A stretch of 64,000 bases of DNA from Parcubacteria group bacterium (GTDB lineage Bacteria > Patescibacteriota > Minisyncoccia > Phycocordibacterales > Zambryskibacteraceae): contig JAQBRH010000004.1 of assembly GCA_028286565.1 (NCBI GenBank), positions 217,567-281,566 of the forward strand, read 5' to 3'. The notes beneath the pieces were generated by a model. That model was not told where the DNA came from and searched no databases. It worked only from the letters and a program-made list of their open reading frames with translations. Positions 43,522 to 52,349 of this stretch are shown in pieces (positions within the stretch are counted from its first letter, which is position 1; the number at the start of each line of letters is the position of its first letter). Both the position numbers and the translations under genes were made by a program.

Positions 43522-45264
43522 ATGAAGATTCTTCTTGTCTATTTGAAGCGCTACTGGAAGCTCTCTCTCCTGGTCGTCATCCTCGCGGCCGTTAACCAGG
43601 TTTTTTCTCTGTTCGAGCCGATCATCTTCCAGCGCATTATCGACAACTACGCTTTGCGTTTCCATGAGATCACCCAAGCGGAATTCTTCCACGGCACCAT
43701 CCTCCTCCTCCTCGTTTTCGTTGGGAACGCCTTTATCTCCCGCATCGCAAAGAATTTTCAGGACTATTATTTGAATACTGTCAGCCAGCGGTCGGGGGCG
43801 GACATGTATCGCGAAGGGGTAAGGCATTCGCTCGATCTGCCGTACTCGGTGTTCGAGGACGAGAGGAGCGGGGAGACCTTGGGCAAATTGCAAAAAGCGC
43901 GCCAGGACACGGAGAAGCTCGTCATCGACACCATAAACGTTGTGTTCATTTCGGCGATCATCCTTATCTTCATCCTCGTATACGGGGCCATGGTGTACTG
44001 GCTCATCCCGATCATCTTTGTGGGCATGATGGTCGTGGTCGGAGGGATCACCGTTCTCTTCTCGAGAAAGATAAAGACGATCCAGCAAAAGATCGTGGCG
44101 GAGACGACCGCGCTCGCCGGAGCGACGACCGAGTCCTTGCGGAACATCGAGCTCGTAAAGGCGCTCGGCCTCGCCGGCCAAGAAGTGGATCGTTTGAACG
44201 CGGTGACAGAAAAGATCCTCAAGCTCGAACTCAAAAAGCTGCAGTATCTGCGCATGCTCGACTTCGTCCAGGGGACGGTGACGAATTTCATCCGGGCGGG
44301 GCTCTATCTCTTCTTGTTCTATCTCATCTTCGTTCAGAAGATAACCCTTGGGCAATACTTATCGCTCAATATCTATTCGTTCTGGCTCTTTTTCCCGCTT
44401 GCTCAGATCACTTCGTTCATAAGCACATATCGCCAGGCGGAAGCGTCCCTTGAGAACTATACAAAGCTCATGAACACTCCCGCAGAGCCGAAAGCATCAG
44501 CTCCGCAAGAACTCGGCCCTGTGACAACGCTCGAATTCAACAATGTGTCGTTCGGATACAAGTCGAGCACCACTCAAGCCCTCTCGAATATCTCTTACAG
44601 AGCGTCCCGCGGTGAGACCATCGCTTTTGTCGGACCTTCGGGGTCAGGCAAGACGTCTCTCGTTAAGCTTCTCGTTCTATTATACGAACCTACCTCGGGA
44701 GGCATCCTCTATAACGGCATCGCGCATACGGACATCGACAAGGAGGAGTTGCGGGCCCAGATCGGCTTTGTCACGCAGGATACGCAGCTCTTCTCCGGGA
44801 CTATCCGCGAAAACTTATTGTTCGTGAATCCCAGTGCGACGGACGACGAATGCTTAGACGCTCTAGAGAAAGCCCAGTGCCGGAATCTTTTGGAGCGCGG
44901 AGGCAAGGGGCTCGATACGGTGATCGGAGAGGGAGGGGTGAAGGTCTCGGGCGGAGAAAAACAGCGGCTCTCGATCGCACGGGCGCTCCTCAGGAAGCCG
45001 CACATCCTTATCTTCGATGAAGCGACGAGCGCCCTTGATTCGATCACCGAAGCGGAGATCGGTAAGACGATCCGGGATGTCTCGACCCTGCAGTCGCATA
45101 TCACTGTGCTGATCGCGCATCGCCTCTCGACCATCATGCACGCCGACCGCATTTATGTGCTCGAAAAGGGCGTGGTGGCCGAGGCCGGCACTCACGAAGA
45201 GCTCCTTGATACAAAGGGCCTTTACTCGGCAATGTGGAGACAGCAGATCGGAGAGAGAGTCTAG
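43522..45264 (+). CDS. ABC transporter, fused permease/ATP-binding exporter (MsbA/type I exporter-like)
   Basis: Six-TM N-terminal domain; Walker A GPSGSGKTS, signature LSGGEKQRLSIARALL, Walker B ILIFDEATSALD, and an H-loop. Confidence 0.85.
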   Translation: MKILLVYLKRYWKLSLLVVILAAVNQVFSLFEPIIFQRIIDNYALRFHEITQAEFFHGTILLLLVFVGNAFISRIAKNFQDYYLNTVSQRSGADMYREGVRHSLDLPYSVFEDERSGETLGKLQKARQDTEKLVIDTINVVFISAIILIFILVYGAMVYWLIPIIFVGMMVVVGGITVLFSRKIKTIQQKIVAETTALAGATTESLRNIELVKALGLAGQEVDRLNAVTEKILKLELKKLQYLRMLDFVQGTVTNFIRAGLYLFLFYLIFVQKITLGQYLSLNIYSFWLFFPLAQITSFISTYRQAEASLENYTKLMNTPAEPKASAPQELGPVTTLEFNNVSFGYKSSTTQALSNISYRASRGETIAFVGPSGSGKTSLVKLLVLLYEPTSGGILYNGIAHTDIDKEELRAQIGFVTQDTQLFSGTIRENLLFVNPSATDDECLDALEKAQCRNLLERGGKGLDTVIGEGGVKVSGGEKQRLSIARALLRKPHILIFDEATSALDSITEAEIGKTIRDVSTLQSHITVLIAHRLSTIMHADRIYVLEKGVVAEAGTHEELLDTKGLYSAMWRQQIGERV

Positions 45265-45325
45265 GCGTGTCATAATCAAACGCGCAGCTCGTCTGTAGGA
45301 ACAGTTATACATAAATTAAAAACAA

Positions 45326-45523
45326 ATGGACGATCAAAAAACAAAATTACCGGATGACCGAACGACCGTCGACGACCTCGTCTCGCCGGCTAATACCGAA
45401 AAATTATACGGAAAGGAGGCGGATGAAGATGAAGAAAGGCCGGGTCAGGCTGAAACCATCGAGACAGAATTGCCAGATGCGCCCGACGACGTCGATGAGA
45501 ACATGTTCCCAAGCGCGGACTAA
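45326..45523 (+). CDS. Small acidic hypothetical protein (uncertain)
   Basis: 65-aa D/E-rich ORF. Confidence 0.25.
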   Translation: MDDQKTKLPDDRTTVDDLVSPANTEKLYGKEADEDEERPGQAETIETELPDAPDDVDENMFPSAD

Positions 45524-45546
45524 CCTCTCGGTGCTATAATCTCCGC

Positions 45547-45861
45547 ATGAAAATCTCATCCTTTAAGGAGCGGGTATATGCCGTCGCTTCAAAGATCCCC
45601 AGAGGCAAAGTGGCTACCTACGGACAGATCGCCCGGCTCGCCGGTTCCTCCGGAGCGGCTCGGGCCGTCGGACTCTGCATGAAGAATAATCCCGATACAA
45701 AAAAAGTTCCATGCCACAGAGTCGTCGCCTCGGACGGATCATTGACCGGCTATGCCTACGGCAAAGGGATCGTCACCAAGCGGGAAATGCTTGTAAGGGA
45801 AAAGGTGAAATTTAGCCAAGATCGGGTAGACCTCGGCTCATCACTCTGGAAAACCGGCTAG
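45547..45861 (+). CDS. ogt: Methylated-DNA--protein-cysteine methyltransferase (minimal, C-terminal domain only)
   Basis: The active-site motif VPCHRVV, with Cys present, and the preceding HTH (YGQIARLAG). 104 aa. Confidence 0.8.
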   Translation: MKISSFKERVYAVASKIPRGKVATYGQIARLAGSSGAARAVGLCMKNNPDTKKVPCHRVVASDGSLTGYAYGKGIVTKREMLVREKVKFSQDRVDLGSSLWKTG

Positions 45862-45894
45862 TTGGGATGCGGGACTCGCTACGTCTCTATACAT

Positions 45895-46095
45895 ATGATC
45901 AAGTGGAACGACATAACCTGGTATTCGATAACTATCTCAGGGGTCTTTTTTTTGATCCTCCTGCCTTCGATTATCTTTTATATAGGCAATCAGTACAAGG
46001 AAGTGGCGAATACCTATAGCGCAGCTCAACAGATCCTCATCGAGGCGCAAGAAAAAGTGGCCCAGCGCGCCGCCTCAACCACCCCCGGCCGCTGA
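45895..46095 (+). CDS. Small single-TM protein; paralog of 40984..41148
   Basis: Shares the W..ITWYS...FYIG.QY.E pattern with the paralog. Confidence 0.4.
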   Translation: MIKWNDITWYSITISGVFFLILLPSIIFYIGNQYKEVANTYSAAQQILIEAQEKVAQRAASTTPGR

Positions 46096-46117
46096 TCCGT
46101 GGGTATAAGATAAGGCC

Positions 46118-47257
46118 ATGGAACCACTCGCAGCCACAATTCGACCAAAAAACCTCGATGAATTCGTGGGGCAAGCGGATCTGGTCGGTGAGGGCCGGCC
46201 GCTCAGGGTGGCCATTGAAGAAAAACACCTTTTTTCTTTTCTTCTCTGGGGTCCGCCGGGAGTAGGCAAGACCACGCTTGCCCGGATCTATGCGAAGAGC
46301 CTGAACGCGGAATATCACGAACTCTCGGCCGTGTCCGCGGGCAAAGATGATATCCGCACCATCGTCGAAAATGAAGGGACGCTGTTTGGGCCGAAGATAT
46401 TATTTCTCGACGAGATCCACCGGTTCAATAAAGCTCAGCAGGACTTTCTGCTGCCGTATGTTGAGACGGGCAAGCTCACCCTCATCGGAGCCACGACCGA
46501 GAATCCCTCGTTCGAGGTCATCCCCGCGCTTCTTTCTCGGACCAGGGTATTTGTTCTCAAAGAACTTTCGGATCCCGAGATGAAAGAAATTCTGGCGCGG
46601 ACAGGCGTCGCCCTCGAGGGAGCGGCCGAAGAGTGGATCATCCGGATCGCGAACGGCGACGCGCGGCAGGCTCTGGCCATGCTTGAGAATACGAAGAAAT
46701 TGTATACGGATGTGACCGTGGAAAATTTGGAGAAGGCCGTTCAGGATCGGCGGCTCAGGTTCGATAAAAAAGGCGATGAGCATTACAACACCGTCTCCGC
46801 TTTTATAAAATCGATGCGCGCTTCGCAGCCGGACGCCGCACTCTACTATCTCGCTCGGATGATCGCCGGCGGGGAAGATCCGAAATTCATCGCCCGGAGA
46901 ATGGTGATCTTTGCCTCGGAGGATATAGGGATGGAGGATCCCCAGGCCTTGCCTCTGGCCAATGCGGTGTTCAGAGCGGTCGAAACAATCGGTTACCCGG
47001 AAGCGGGGATCAATCTCTCTCACGGCGCGGTCTATCTGTCCCTCGCACAGAAATCGAAAGCGGCGTACAACGCATATACCAAAGCGCTCGCCGCCGCCGA
47101 GACGCACGGCAATCTGCCCATTCCGCCGAAGATCAGGAACGCTCCGACCAAGCTCATGAAGGATCAGGGCTACGGCAAGGGATACGAAAGATACACAAAA
47201 GAGGATCTTCTGCCCGAAGAATTGAAGGGAGAAAAGTTCTGGGAACCCGGATCTTAA
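46118..47257 (+). CDS. rarA: Replication-associated recombination protein A (AAA+ ATPase)
   Basis: Walker A GPPGVGKTT, Walker B LFLDEIHRF, an MgsA C-terminal domain, and length typical of RarA. Confidence 0.85.
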   Translation: MEPLAATIRPKNLDEFVGQADLVGEGRPLRVAIEEKHLFSFLLWGPPGVGKTTLARIYAKSLNAEYHELSAVSAGKDDIRTIVENEGTLFGPKILFLDEIHRFNKAQQDFLLPYVETGKLTLIGATTENPSFEVIPALLSRTRVFVLKELSDPEMKEILARTGVALEGAAEEWIIRIANGDARQALAMLENTKKLYTDVTVENLEKAVQDRRLRFDKKGDEHYNTVSAFIKSMRASQPDAALYYLARMIAGGEDPKFIARRMVIFASEDIGMEDPQALPLANAVFRAVETIGYPEAGINLSHGAVYLSLAQKSKAAYNAYTKALAAAETHGNLPIPPKIRNAPTKLMKDQGYGKGYERYTKEDLLPEELKGEKFWEPGS

Positions 47258-47769
47258 TCCTTTTTTAATACGAACCGATACGGCTTGTCCTTCCATGCGC
47301 CGGCGTAGTCGACGCCGATGCGCGGCGTGCGGAGAATTTTTGAAGAGGGAACAGGCGGCGCGTCCTCGATCCATAGCCCGGACGCCCGGCCGAGCTTTTT
47401 TCCGTTCAGGTTTTTATCTATGCCGAATTCTCTCGCCACTCGGCCCGGGCCTTTTACTTTTTCTGTCGAACGAATGAGAATGGCGGCGGGGAAATCTTTT
47501 TCTTCGGTAACGATGTTCAGCATCCAGTACATCCCGTAGATAAGGTACACATAGATCGTGCCGGGTTTCCCGTGCATCACTTCGGTGCGCGCGGTCCTGC
47601 CTTTGGACGAATGCGAAGCAAGATCGTGCGGGCCGACGTAGGCTTCGACTTCAGTGATACTGTCTCGGACCGTTTTGTCTCCGATCTTTCTCACCAGGGT
47701 TTTTCCGACGAGTGCTCGAGCGGCCGTGAGAGTCTTTTGTTCAAAGAATGAAGATGGAAGGAGAGACAT
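47254..47769 (-). CDS. mpg: DNA-3-methyladenine glycosylase (Mpg/AAG family)
   Basis: GKTLVRK...EVEAY...SHSS.G.T.R...MHGKPGTIYVYLIYGMYWMLNIV is characteristic of PF02245. Confidence 0.8.
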   Translation of the reverse strand: MSLLPSSFFEQKTLTAARALVGKTLVRKIGDKTVRDSITEVEAYVGPHDLASHSSKGRTARTEVMHGKPGTIYVYLIYGMYWMLNIVTEEKDFPAAILIRSTEKVKGPGRVAREFGIDKNLNGKKLGRASGLWIEDAPPVPSSKILRTPRIGVDYAGAWKDKPYRFVLKKD

Positions 47770-47922
47770 ACTTCATTATAACGTTTGACACTCCGCATCA
47801 CTTCTGGTTAGATTGATGAAAGACACCCCACAGAACGCGAAGAACCTTTGGTCCTTCTCAACCCTCTGCACGCACCTTTTCCCACCCCTCCTCCCTTATC
47901 CCTCAGTATTGAGGAACACCGC

Positions 47923-48156
47923 ATGCTGCAAGCTGCACCGGCACGCCCGGGCGTGTCGCCAGTTTCCGTGATCGAAACAGAGGAAGAGATGGCGGAACGC
48001 CGTCTCAGATCCCTGCTTCGTGGAGACTCTGGCATTGTTGCCATCCTGACGCGAGACTATCGGATGACGAAGGACGAGTTGTTCCACATTCGTCCGACCG
48101 CACAGCGGAACATGCCTGAAGCGGTGAGAGAACTGCTCTCGATGAAGAAGAAATGA
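47923..48156 (+). CDS. Small hypothetical protein
   Basis: GAGGAA SD lies 6 nt upstream of the ATG at 47923. 77 aa with no known domain. Confidence 0.3.
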   Translation: MLQAAPARPGVSPVSVIETEEEMAERRLRSLLRGDSGIVAILTRDYRMTKDELFHIRPTAQRNMPEAVRELLSMKKK

Positions 48157-48223
48157 ATCGATGAGTGCTCGAACCGACGAAGGTTTGGGCATTTTTATTT
48201 TATTTTTGTGCTAGGCTGATATC

Positions 48224-48883
48224 ATGCTATTCAAGAACTGGGCAAAAAATCTTTTGTTCCTTCTCGTATATATTTTTTCGGGGATCGCTCTTGTCACTAT
48301 CATCGAAGGAGTGGTCACCGGATCAGAACTCACTCCGTTCAATACCGCTGCAGAAGAAGTGGTCAGTCATTTTCGCACGCCGCTCCTGACGAACATCATG
48401 GTCTTCGTGACGAACGCCGGGAGTCCGTTCTTCCTTTCGATCGCCGCGATCTTCCTCGCGATCTTTATCGTCCTGCATCGAGACACGTATGACGCGATGC
48501 TCTACGTCGTATCGATGGCCCTCGCCCTCATCTCTTTTACGCTTCTGAAGAATATGCTGCATCTCCCTCGTCCGACCGGAGGGCTTATCCATCTCTCGAG
48601 CTGGGCCTTCCCATCCGGGCACGCCACCATCGCCACGGCCTTTTTCTTCGCCACCGCGTATTCATTCTTCGATCGTTTTAAGAGCGCTCTGTGGAAGACC
48701 GTGCTCGTAGCCGTCTCGATCGCCGCGGCGGCGCTCGTCTGCTTTTCTCGCCTCTACCTCGGTGTCCACTCCGCGCTCGATATCCTGGCGGGCATCAGCC
48801 TCGGACTTCTGTGCGTGAGCTTCACCGTCCTTGTCTTCAATATTTTTCTGGAAGAACGCAGATCTCTCCGCAAGCGTACATAG
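48224..48883 (+). CDS. PAP2-family membrane phosphatase (undecaprenyl-diphosphatase / PgpB-like)
   Basis: Motifs KNMLHLPRP (KxxxxxxRP), PSGH and SRLYLGVHSALD (SRxxxxxHxxxD). Confidence 0.8.
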   Translation: MLFKNWAKNLLFLLVYIFSGIALVTIIEGVVTGSELTPFNTAAEEVVSHFRTPLLTNIMVFVTNAGSPFFLSIAAIFLAIFIVLHRDTYDAMLYVVSMALALISFTLLKNMLHLPRPTGGLIHLSSWAFPSGHATIATAFFFATAYSFFDRFKSALWKTVLVAVSIAAAALVCFSRLYLGVHSALDILAGISLGLLCVSFTVLVFNIFLEERRSLRKRT

Positions 48884-48930
48884 ATCTCCGAATGTGATAG
48901 GATAGGGCCATACAAATTTAATCCCCATCC

Positions 48931-49719
48931 ATGAACGAATTTTCATTTGAAATAAAGCGATTGCTGAAATGGTCCGGTTTTGTGGTGATCATCCTCGGCA
49001 TCTTTCTTTTGTTCGCCGCCTTGAACGCTTTCAAGACTTGGCACGCTCCAAGCCCCGCCTTCAACTCCATTTCAGTAACCGGCAAGGGGGAATCGGTGAC
49101 CGTTCCTGATGTGGCCACATTTTCCTTTACTGTCTCGGCGGATGCCACGAGCGTCGGGGGTGCGCAAGATCAAGTGACGAAGAAAATGGATCTCATTTTG
49201 CAGAGCCTCGCTGATCTGAATATCGCGAAGGCGGATATCAAGACCACGGATTATACGGTCTGGCCGAAGTACACATACACCTCCGGAGTATGCACCCAGA
49301 ACTCATGCCCTCCTTCACGGCAGATCGCCGACGGGTATACGGTCAACCACTCGGTCCAGGTGAAGATCAGGAAAACAGATGATGCAGGCAAGGCTCTCGG
49401 CCTCGTCGGCGGCAAGGGAGCGACAAACGTCTCTTCGCTCAACTTTACCTCTGATGATCCGAACAAAGCGCTGAACGAAGCTCGAGCCAAAGCTATCGAC
49501 GATGCCAAGGCTAAGGCGGAAGACCTCGCGGATCACCTCGGAGTAAGGCTTGTTCGAGTGGTCGGCTACTATGATTCGAACGGCCCGTTCCCTATGTACG
49601 AAAGCGCGAGCGCCGGACCTACTATGCTGAAGGCCCAAGACGCGGTTTCGAGCCCGACCGTCCCGAGCGGGGAGAACAAGACGACCGTGAACGTGACCGT
49701 GAACTACGAGATCCGCTAA
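48931..49719 (+). CDS. SIMPL-domain (DUF541) periplasmic/anchored protein
   Basis: N-terminal TM, then the SIMPL pattern (ISVTGKGESVTVPDVATFSFTVSA...Q..K..A..KA.DDAKAKAE.LA..LG). Confidence 0.7.
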   Translation: MNEFSFEIKRLLKWSGFVVIILGIFLLFAALNAFKTWHAPSPAFNSISVTGKGESVTVPDVATFSFTVSADATSVGGAQDQVTKKMDLILQSLADLNIAKADIKTTDYTVWPKYTYTSGVCTQNSCPPSRQIADGYTVNHSVQVKIRKTDDAGKALGLVGGKGATNVSSLNFTSDDPNKALNEARAKAIDDAKAKAEDLADHLGVRLVRVVGYYDSNGPFPMYESASAGPTMLKAQDAVSSPTVPSGENKTTVNVTVNYEIR

Positions 49720-49816
49720 CTTCACCCTCCTTCTCCCAGATAAAGGAGAGGGGTTTGACATTGTCTCTCGAGGTATAGTATGATTAAAGGACGCCACCGA
49801 GGCGTTTTTTAATACA

Positions 49817-49999
49817 ATGTCTGCATTCATCGACTACATCAAGGACACCCGCGGGGAACTTTCGCACGTCTCTTGGCCTACCCGAAAACAGGCGATCGCT
49901 TTCACCGTGATCGTTATCCTGGTCTCGATCTTTACCGCCTTCTTCCTCGGATTCTTCGACTATCTCTTCTCTCTTATTATCAAGAAGTTCGTTATCTAA
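49817..49999 (+). CDS. secE: Preprotein translocase subunit SecE
   Basis: 60 aa with a single C-terminal TM helix. RGELSHVSWPTRKQ follows the SecE pattern. It sits immediately upstream of nusG. Confidence 0.8.
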   Translation: MSAFIDYIKDTRGELSHVSWPTRKQAIAFTVIVILVSIFTAFFLGFFDYLFSLIIKKFVI

Positions 50000-50003
50000 C
50001 CCC

Positions 50004-50549
50004 ATGACAAAACAAAAGCTTTCCGAAGGACGAAATTGGTATGTGATCCACACCTATGCGGGATATGAGAACGCCGTTCAGCGAAACCTCAAGCAGCGCA
50101 TCGAATCACTCGGCATGGAAGACAAGATCTTTCAGGTCATCGTCCCTACAGAGAAGAAGATCAAGATCAAAGGAGGCAAGCGCGTCGAAGAGGAAGAAAA
50201 GATCTACCCGGGTTATATCCTCGTGGACATGATCGTCACCGATGACTCGTGGTACGTGGTTCGAAACACTCCTCGCGTGACCGGCTTCGTCGGATCGGGA
50301 GTCTACCCCGTGCCTATAGACCAAAAGGAGGTCGAGTCGCTCTTCTCCAGAATGAACGCGGACAAGGTCATGCACCAGATCAACCTGTCGCCGGACGACG
50401 CGGTTCAGATCGTCGACGGTCCGTTCAAGGATCTCGAAGGCAAGGTCAACGAAGTCGACGAGGAGCGAGGCAAGGTCAAAGTCCTCGTTTCCATGTTCGG
50501 ACGCGAAACTCCGGTCGAGCTCGACTTCTTGCAAGTGAAGAAGATGTAA
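50004..50549 (+). CDS. nusG: Transcription termination/antitermination protein NusG
   Basis: NGN domain (WYVIHTYAGYENAV) and a KOW domain (VDGPFKDLEGKV). Confidence 0.9.
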   Translation: MTKQKLSEGRNWYVIHTYAGYENAVQRNLKQRIESLGMEDKIFQVIVPTEKKIKIKGGKRVEEEEKIYPGYILVDMIVTDDSWYVVRNTPRVTGFVGSGVYPVPIDQKEVESLFSRMNADKVMHQINLSPDDAVQIVDGPFKDLEGKVNEVDEERGKVKVLVSMFGRETPVELDFLQVKKM

Positions 50550-50569
50550 GGTAGTCTAATCGGACATTT

Positions 50570-50992
50570 ATGGCAAAGAAAGTAACAAAAGTACTCAAAC
50601 TCCAGATCCCGGGCGGCAAGGCCGTCCCAGGACAAGCGCTCGGCCCGGTCCTCGGAGGAGCGGGTATTCAGATCGGAGAATTCGTCAAGCGATTTAACGA
50701 TGAGACCAAGGACCGCGTCGGAGACATCGTCCCCGTCGTCGTCGAGGTGTACGAAGATCGTACCTACAACATGACCTACAAGACCGAGCCAGCGGCGAAC
50801 CTTATCTTGAAGGCCCTCGGCAAGGAGAAGGGTTCAGGCAAGCCGAATACCGCAAAGATCGGAGTGCTCTCGAAAGCTCAGATCCGAGAGATCGCCGAGA
50901 AGAAGATGTCAGACCTCAACGCAGGGGACATCGACGGAGCGGTCAAGATCATTTCCGGTACCGCTCGAAGCATGGGGGTGGATATTAAATAA
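50570..50992 (+). CDS. rplK: 50S ribosomal protein L11
   Basis: MAKKVTKVLKLQIPGGKA...PPVGPALG-like pattern. 140 aa. Confidence 0.9.
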   Translation: MAKKVTKVLKLQIPGGKAVPGQALGPVLGGAGIQIGEFVKRFNDETKDRVGDIVPVVVEVYEDRTYNMTYKTEPAANLILKALGKEKGSGKPNTAKIGVLSKAQIREIAEKKMSDLNAGDIDGAVKIISGTARSMGVDIK

Positions 50993-51017
50993 AAGAATTA
51001 AAAGTGCCTCCGTTGTT

Positions 51018-51048
51018 GCCCCGCTCCTGCGGGGCTTTGACTTTTTAT
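51018..51048 (+). terminator. Rho-independent terminator after rplK
   Basis: GCCCCGCTCCTGCGGGGC followed by TTTGACTTTTTAT. Confidence 0.7.
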
Positions 51049-51158
51049 ACGGGCATGTTATTGTTGAGCCCGGCCTAAATTGTCCTTTGTTGTACTGCTC
51101 GTGCGAGCAGGCTGTACCCCCGGCCACTAGGTCCGGGACCACTCTTCTGGAGATCCAC

Positions 51159-51830
51159 ATGTTTCGACGACTCACTGCAGTTCTCGTTCTTGCTTTCATG
51201 GCTGCTCTGGCAGGTCCGCTCCAGGCTCAGGTGCCCTACGGCACGAACTGCACGCTGCCCGCGAACTCCTTCGGAGGTTCCGGCATCCCGACGAACAACG
51301 TCATGTGCAGCGTGTTGAACGGCGTCCAGCTCGGTATGTCGTCGACAGGAAGCTACACCAGCCCCGCTACGACCACGGACGGTCTCGGCACGTACTACTC
51401 GACCCCGGGCAACCGGACCGGAGCGCCACCGGCGACAACCGTGAACTTCGCCAAGTGGAACTTCAACTGGTTCGTCGGGGGCGCATCCGCGAATGACTTC
51501 TTCTCGCTCGCCATGGACTTGAATTCGGGCCCCTCGTTCACGCCGCAACTCGTGCAGACGTGGTACGGCAACTTCTTCGATTCGTCGAACATGGGCTACC
51601 TCGGCGCGTTGTTCAACAACAACAATCTCGGGCAGTACTCGTTCGAGCTCACCCAGTGGTCCGACGCGAACATGACGACCGAGCTCCAGCATGTCGGCAT
51701 CAACGTCGAAGTGAACGCGGACGGCCAGCCGCCCGTTACCGCCACACCCGAACCCGCCTCGCTGGGACTCCTCGCGACCGGGCTCATCGGCATCGTCGGC
51801 ATCGTTCGCCGGCGCAAGCAGACCACCTGA
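51159..51830 (+). CDS. PEP-CTERM-anchored secreted protein (exosortase substrate motif)
   Basis: N-terminal signal peptide (MFRRLTAVLVLAFMAALAGPLQA); C-terminal PEP + TM + basic tail (TPEPASLGLLATGLIGIVGIVRRRKQTT). It lies in a GC-rich patch. Confidence 0.7.
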   Translation: MFRRLTAVLVLAFMAALAGPLQAQVPYGTNCTLPANSFGGSGIPTNNVMCSVLNGVQLGMSSTGSYTSPATTTDGLGTYYSTPGNRTGAPPATTVNFAKWNFNWFVGGASANDFFSLAMDLNSGPSFTPQLVQTWYGNFFDSSNMGYLGALFNNNNLGQYSFELTQWSDANMTTELQHVGINVEVNADGQPPVTATPEPASLGLLATGLIGIVGIVRRRKQTT

Positions 51831-51937
51831 CCTTCGGGTCTCACCGCTAATCCCTCCCGGGGTTAGCGGCTTTTCTTTTGTCTGAATATGTGTAGAGTAG
51901 GGGGCAGATATCGATCCTCTCAACAGGAAGGAATGCT

Positions 51938-52258
51938 ATGTTTTATGCGATCGTTACCCTGCCGTTCGAAGACAGACCCGGAACTCCCACGAAGGATATT
52001 CGGTTCGTGATGGGGGAGCCGTTGAAAGCTCTCAAGATCGTTCGGGCGATTCAGCGACTCGACACTCAGCGTGTGATCAGCCAGATCATGGTTTTCTCTC
52101 TGGATCCTGAAATGGCCTACAATCTCGCTCATTTGGGTGCATTCAGACTTGCTGCCGACGGCCCAACGATGGAACATGCTTCGTGGCACAGGGACGAGGG
52201 ATGGAACGAGGTTTTCTACGTAGGGCATTTCAAGGCAGTAGAGGGTGTTCCGGCCTAA
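51938..52258 (+). CDS. Hypothetical protein
   Basis: 106-aa ORF with good coding character and no domain recognised. Confidence 0.35.
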   Translation: MFYAIVTLPFEDRPGTPTKDIRFVMGEPLKALKIVRAIQRLDTQRVISQIMVFSLDPEMAYNLAHLGAFRLAADGPTMEHASWHRDEGWNEVFYVGHFKAVEGVPA

Positions 52259-52349
52259 CCGCCGGATTTTTCTTTGACTTCTTTTTGTCCAGGGGTAGAC
52301 TACGCCTAGACCCTTTGTGCTCGTTCCTTATACTAACCCTGAGGCCCGT

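Noticed and set aside
43414-44355. 313-aa minus-strand ORF
   Set aside because: Antisense to the ABC exporter; the D/E/R-rich translation is typical of an antisense frame.
46400-47374. 324-aa minus-strand ORF
   Set aside because: Antisense to rarA (Walker A/B clearly in the plus frame).
51075-51923. 282-aa minus-strand ORF
   Set aside because: Antisense to the PEP-CTERM gene; the sense strand has signal peptide and sorting motif.
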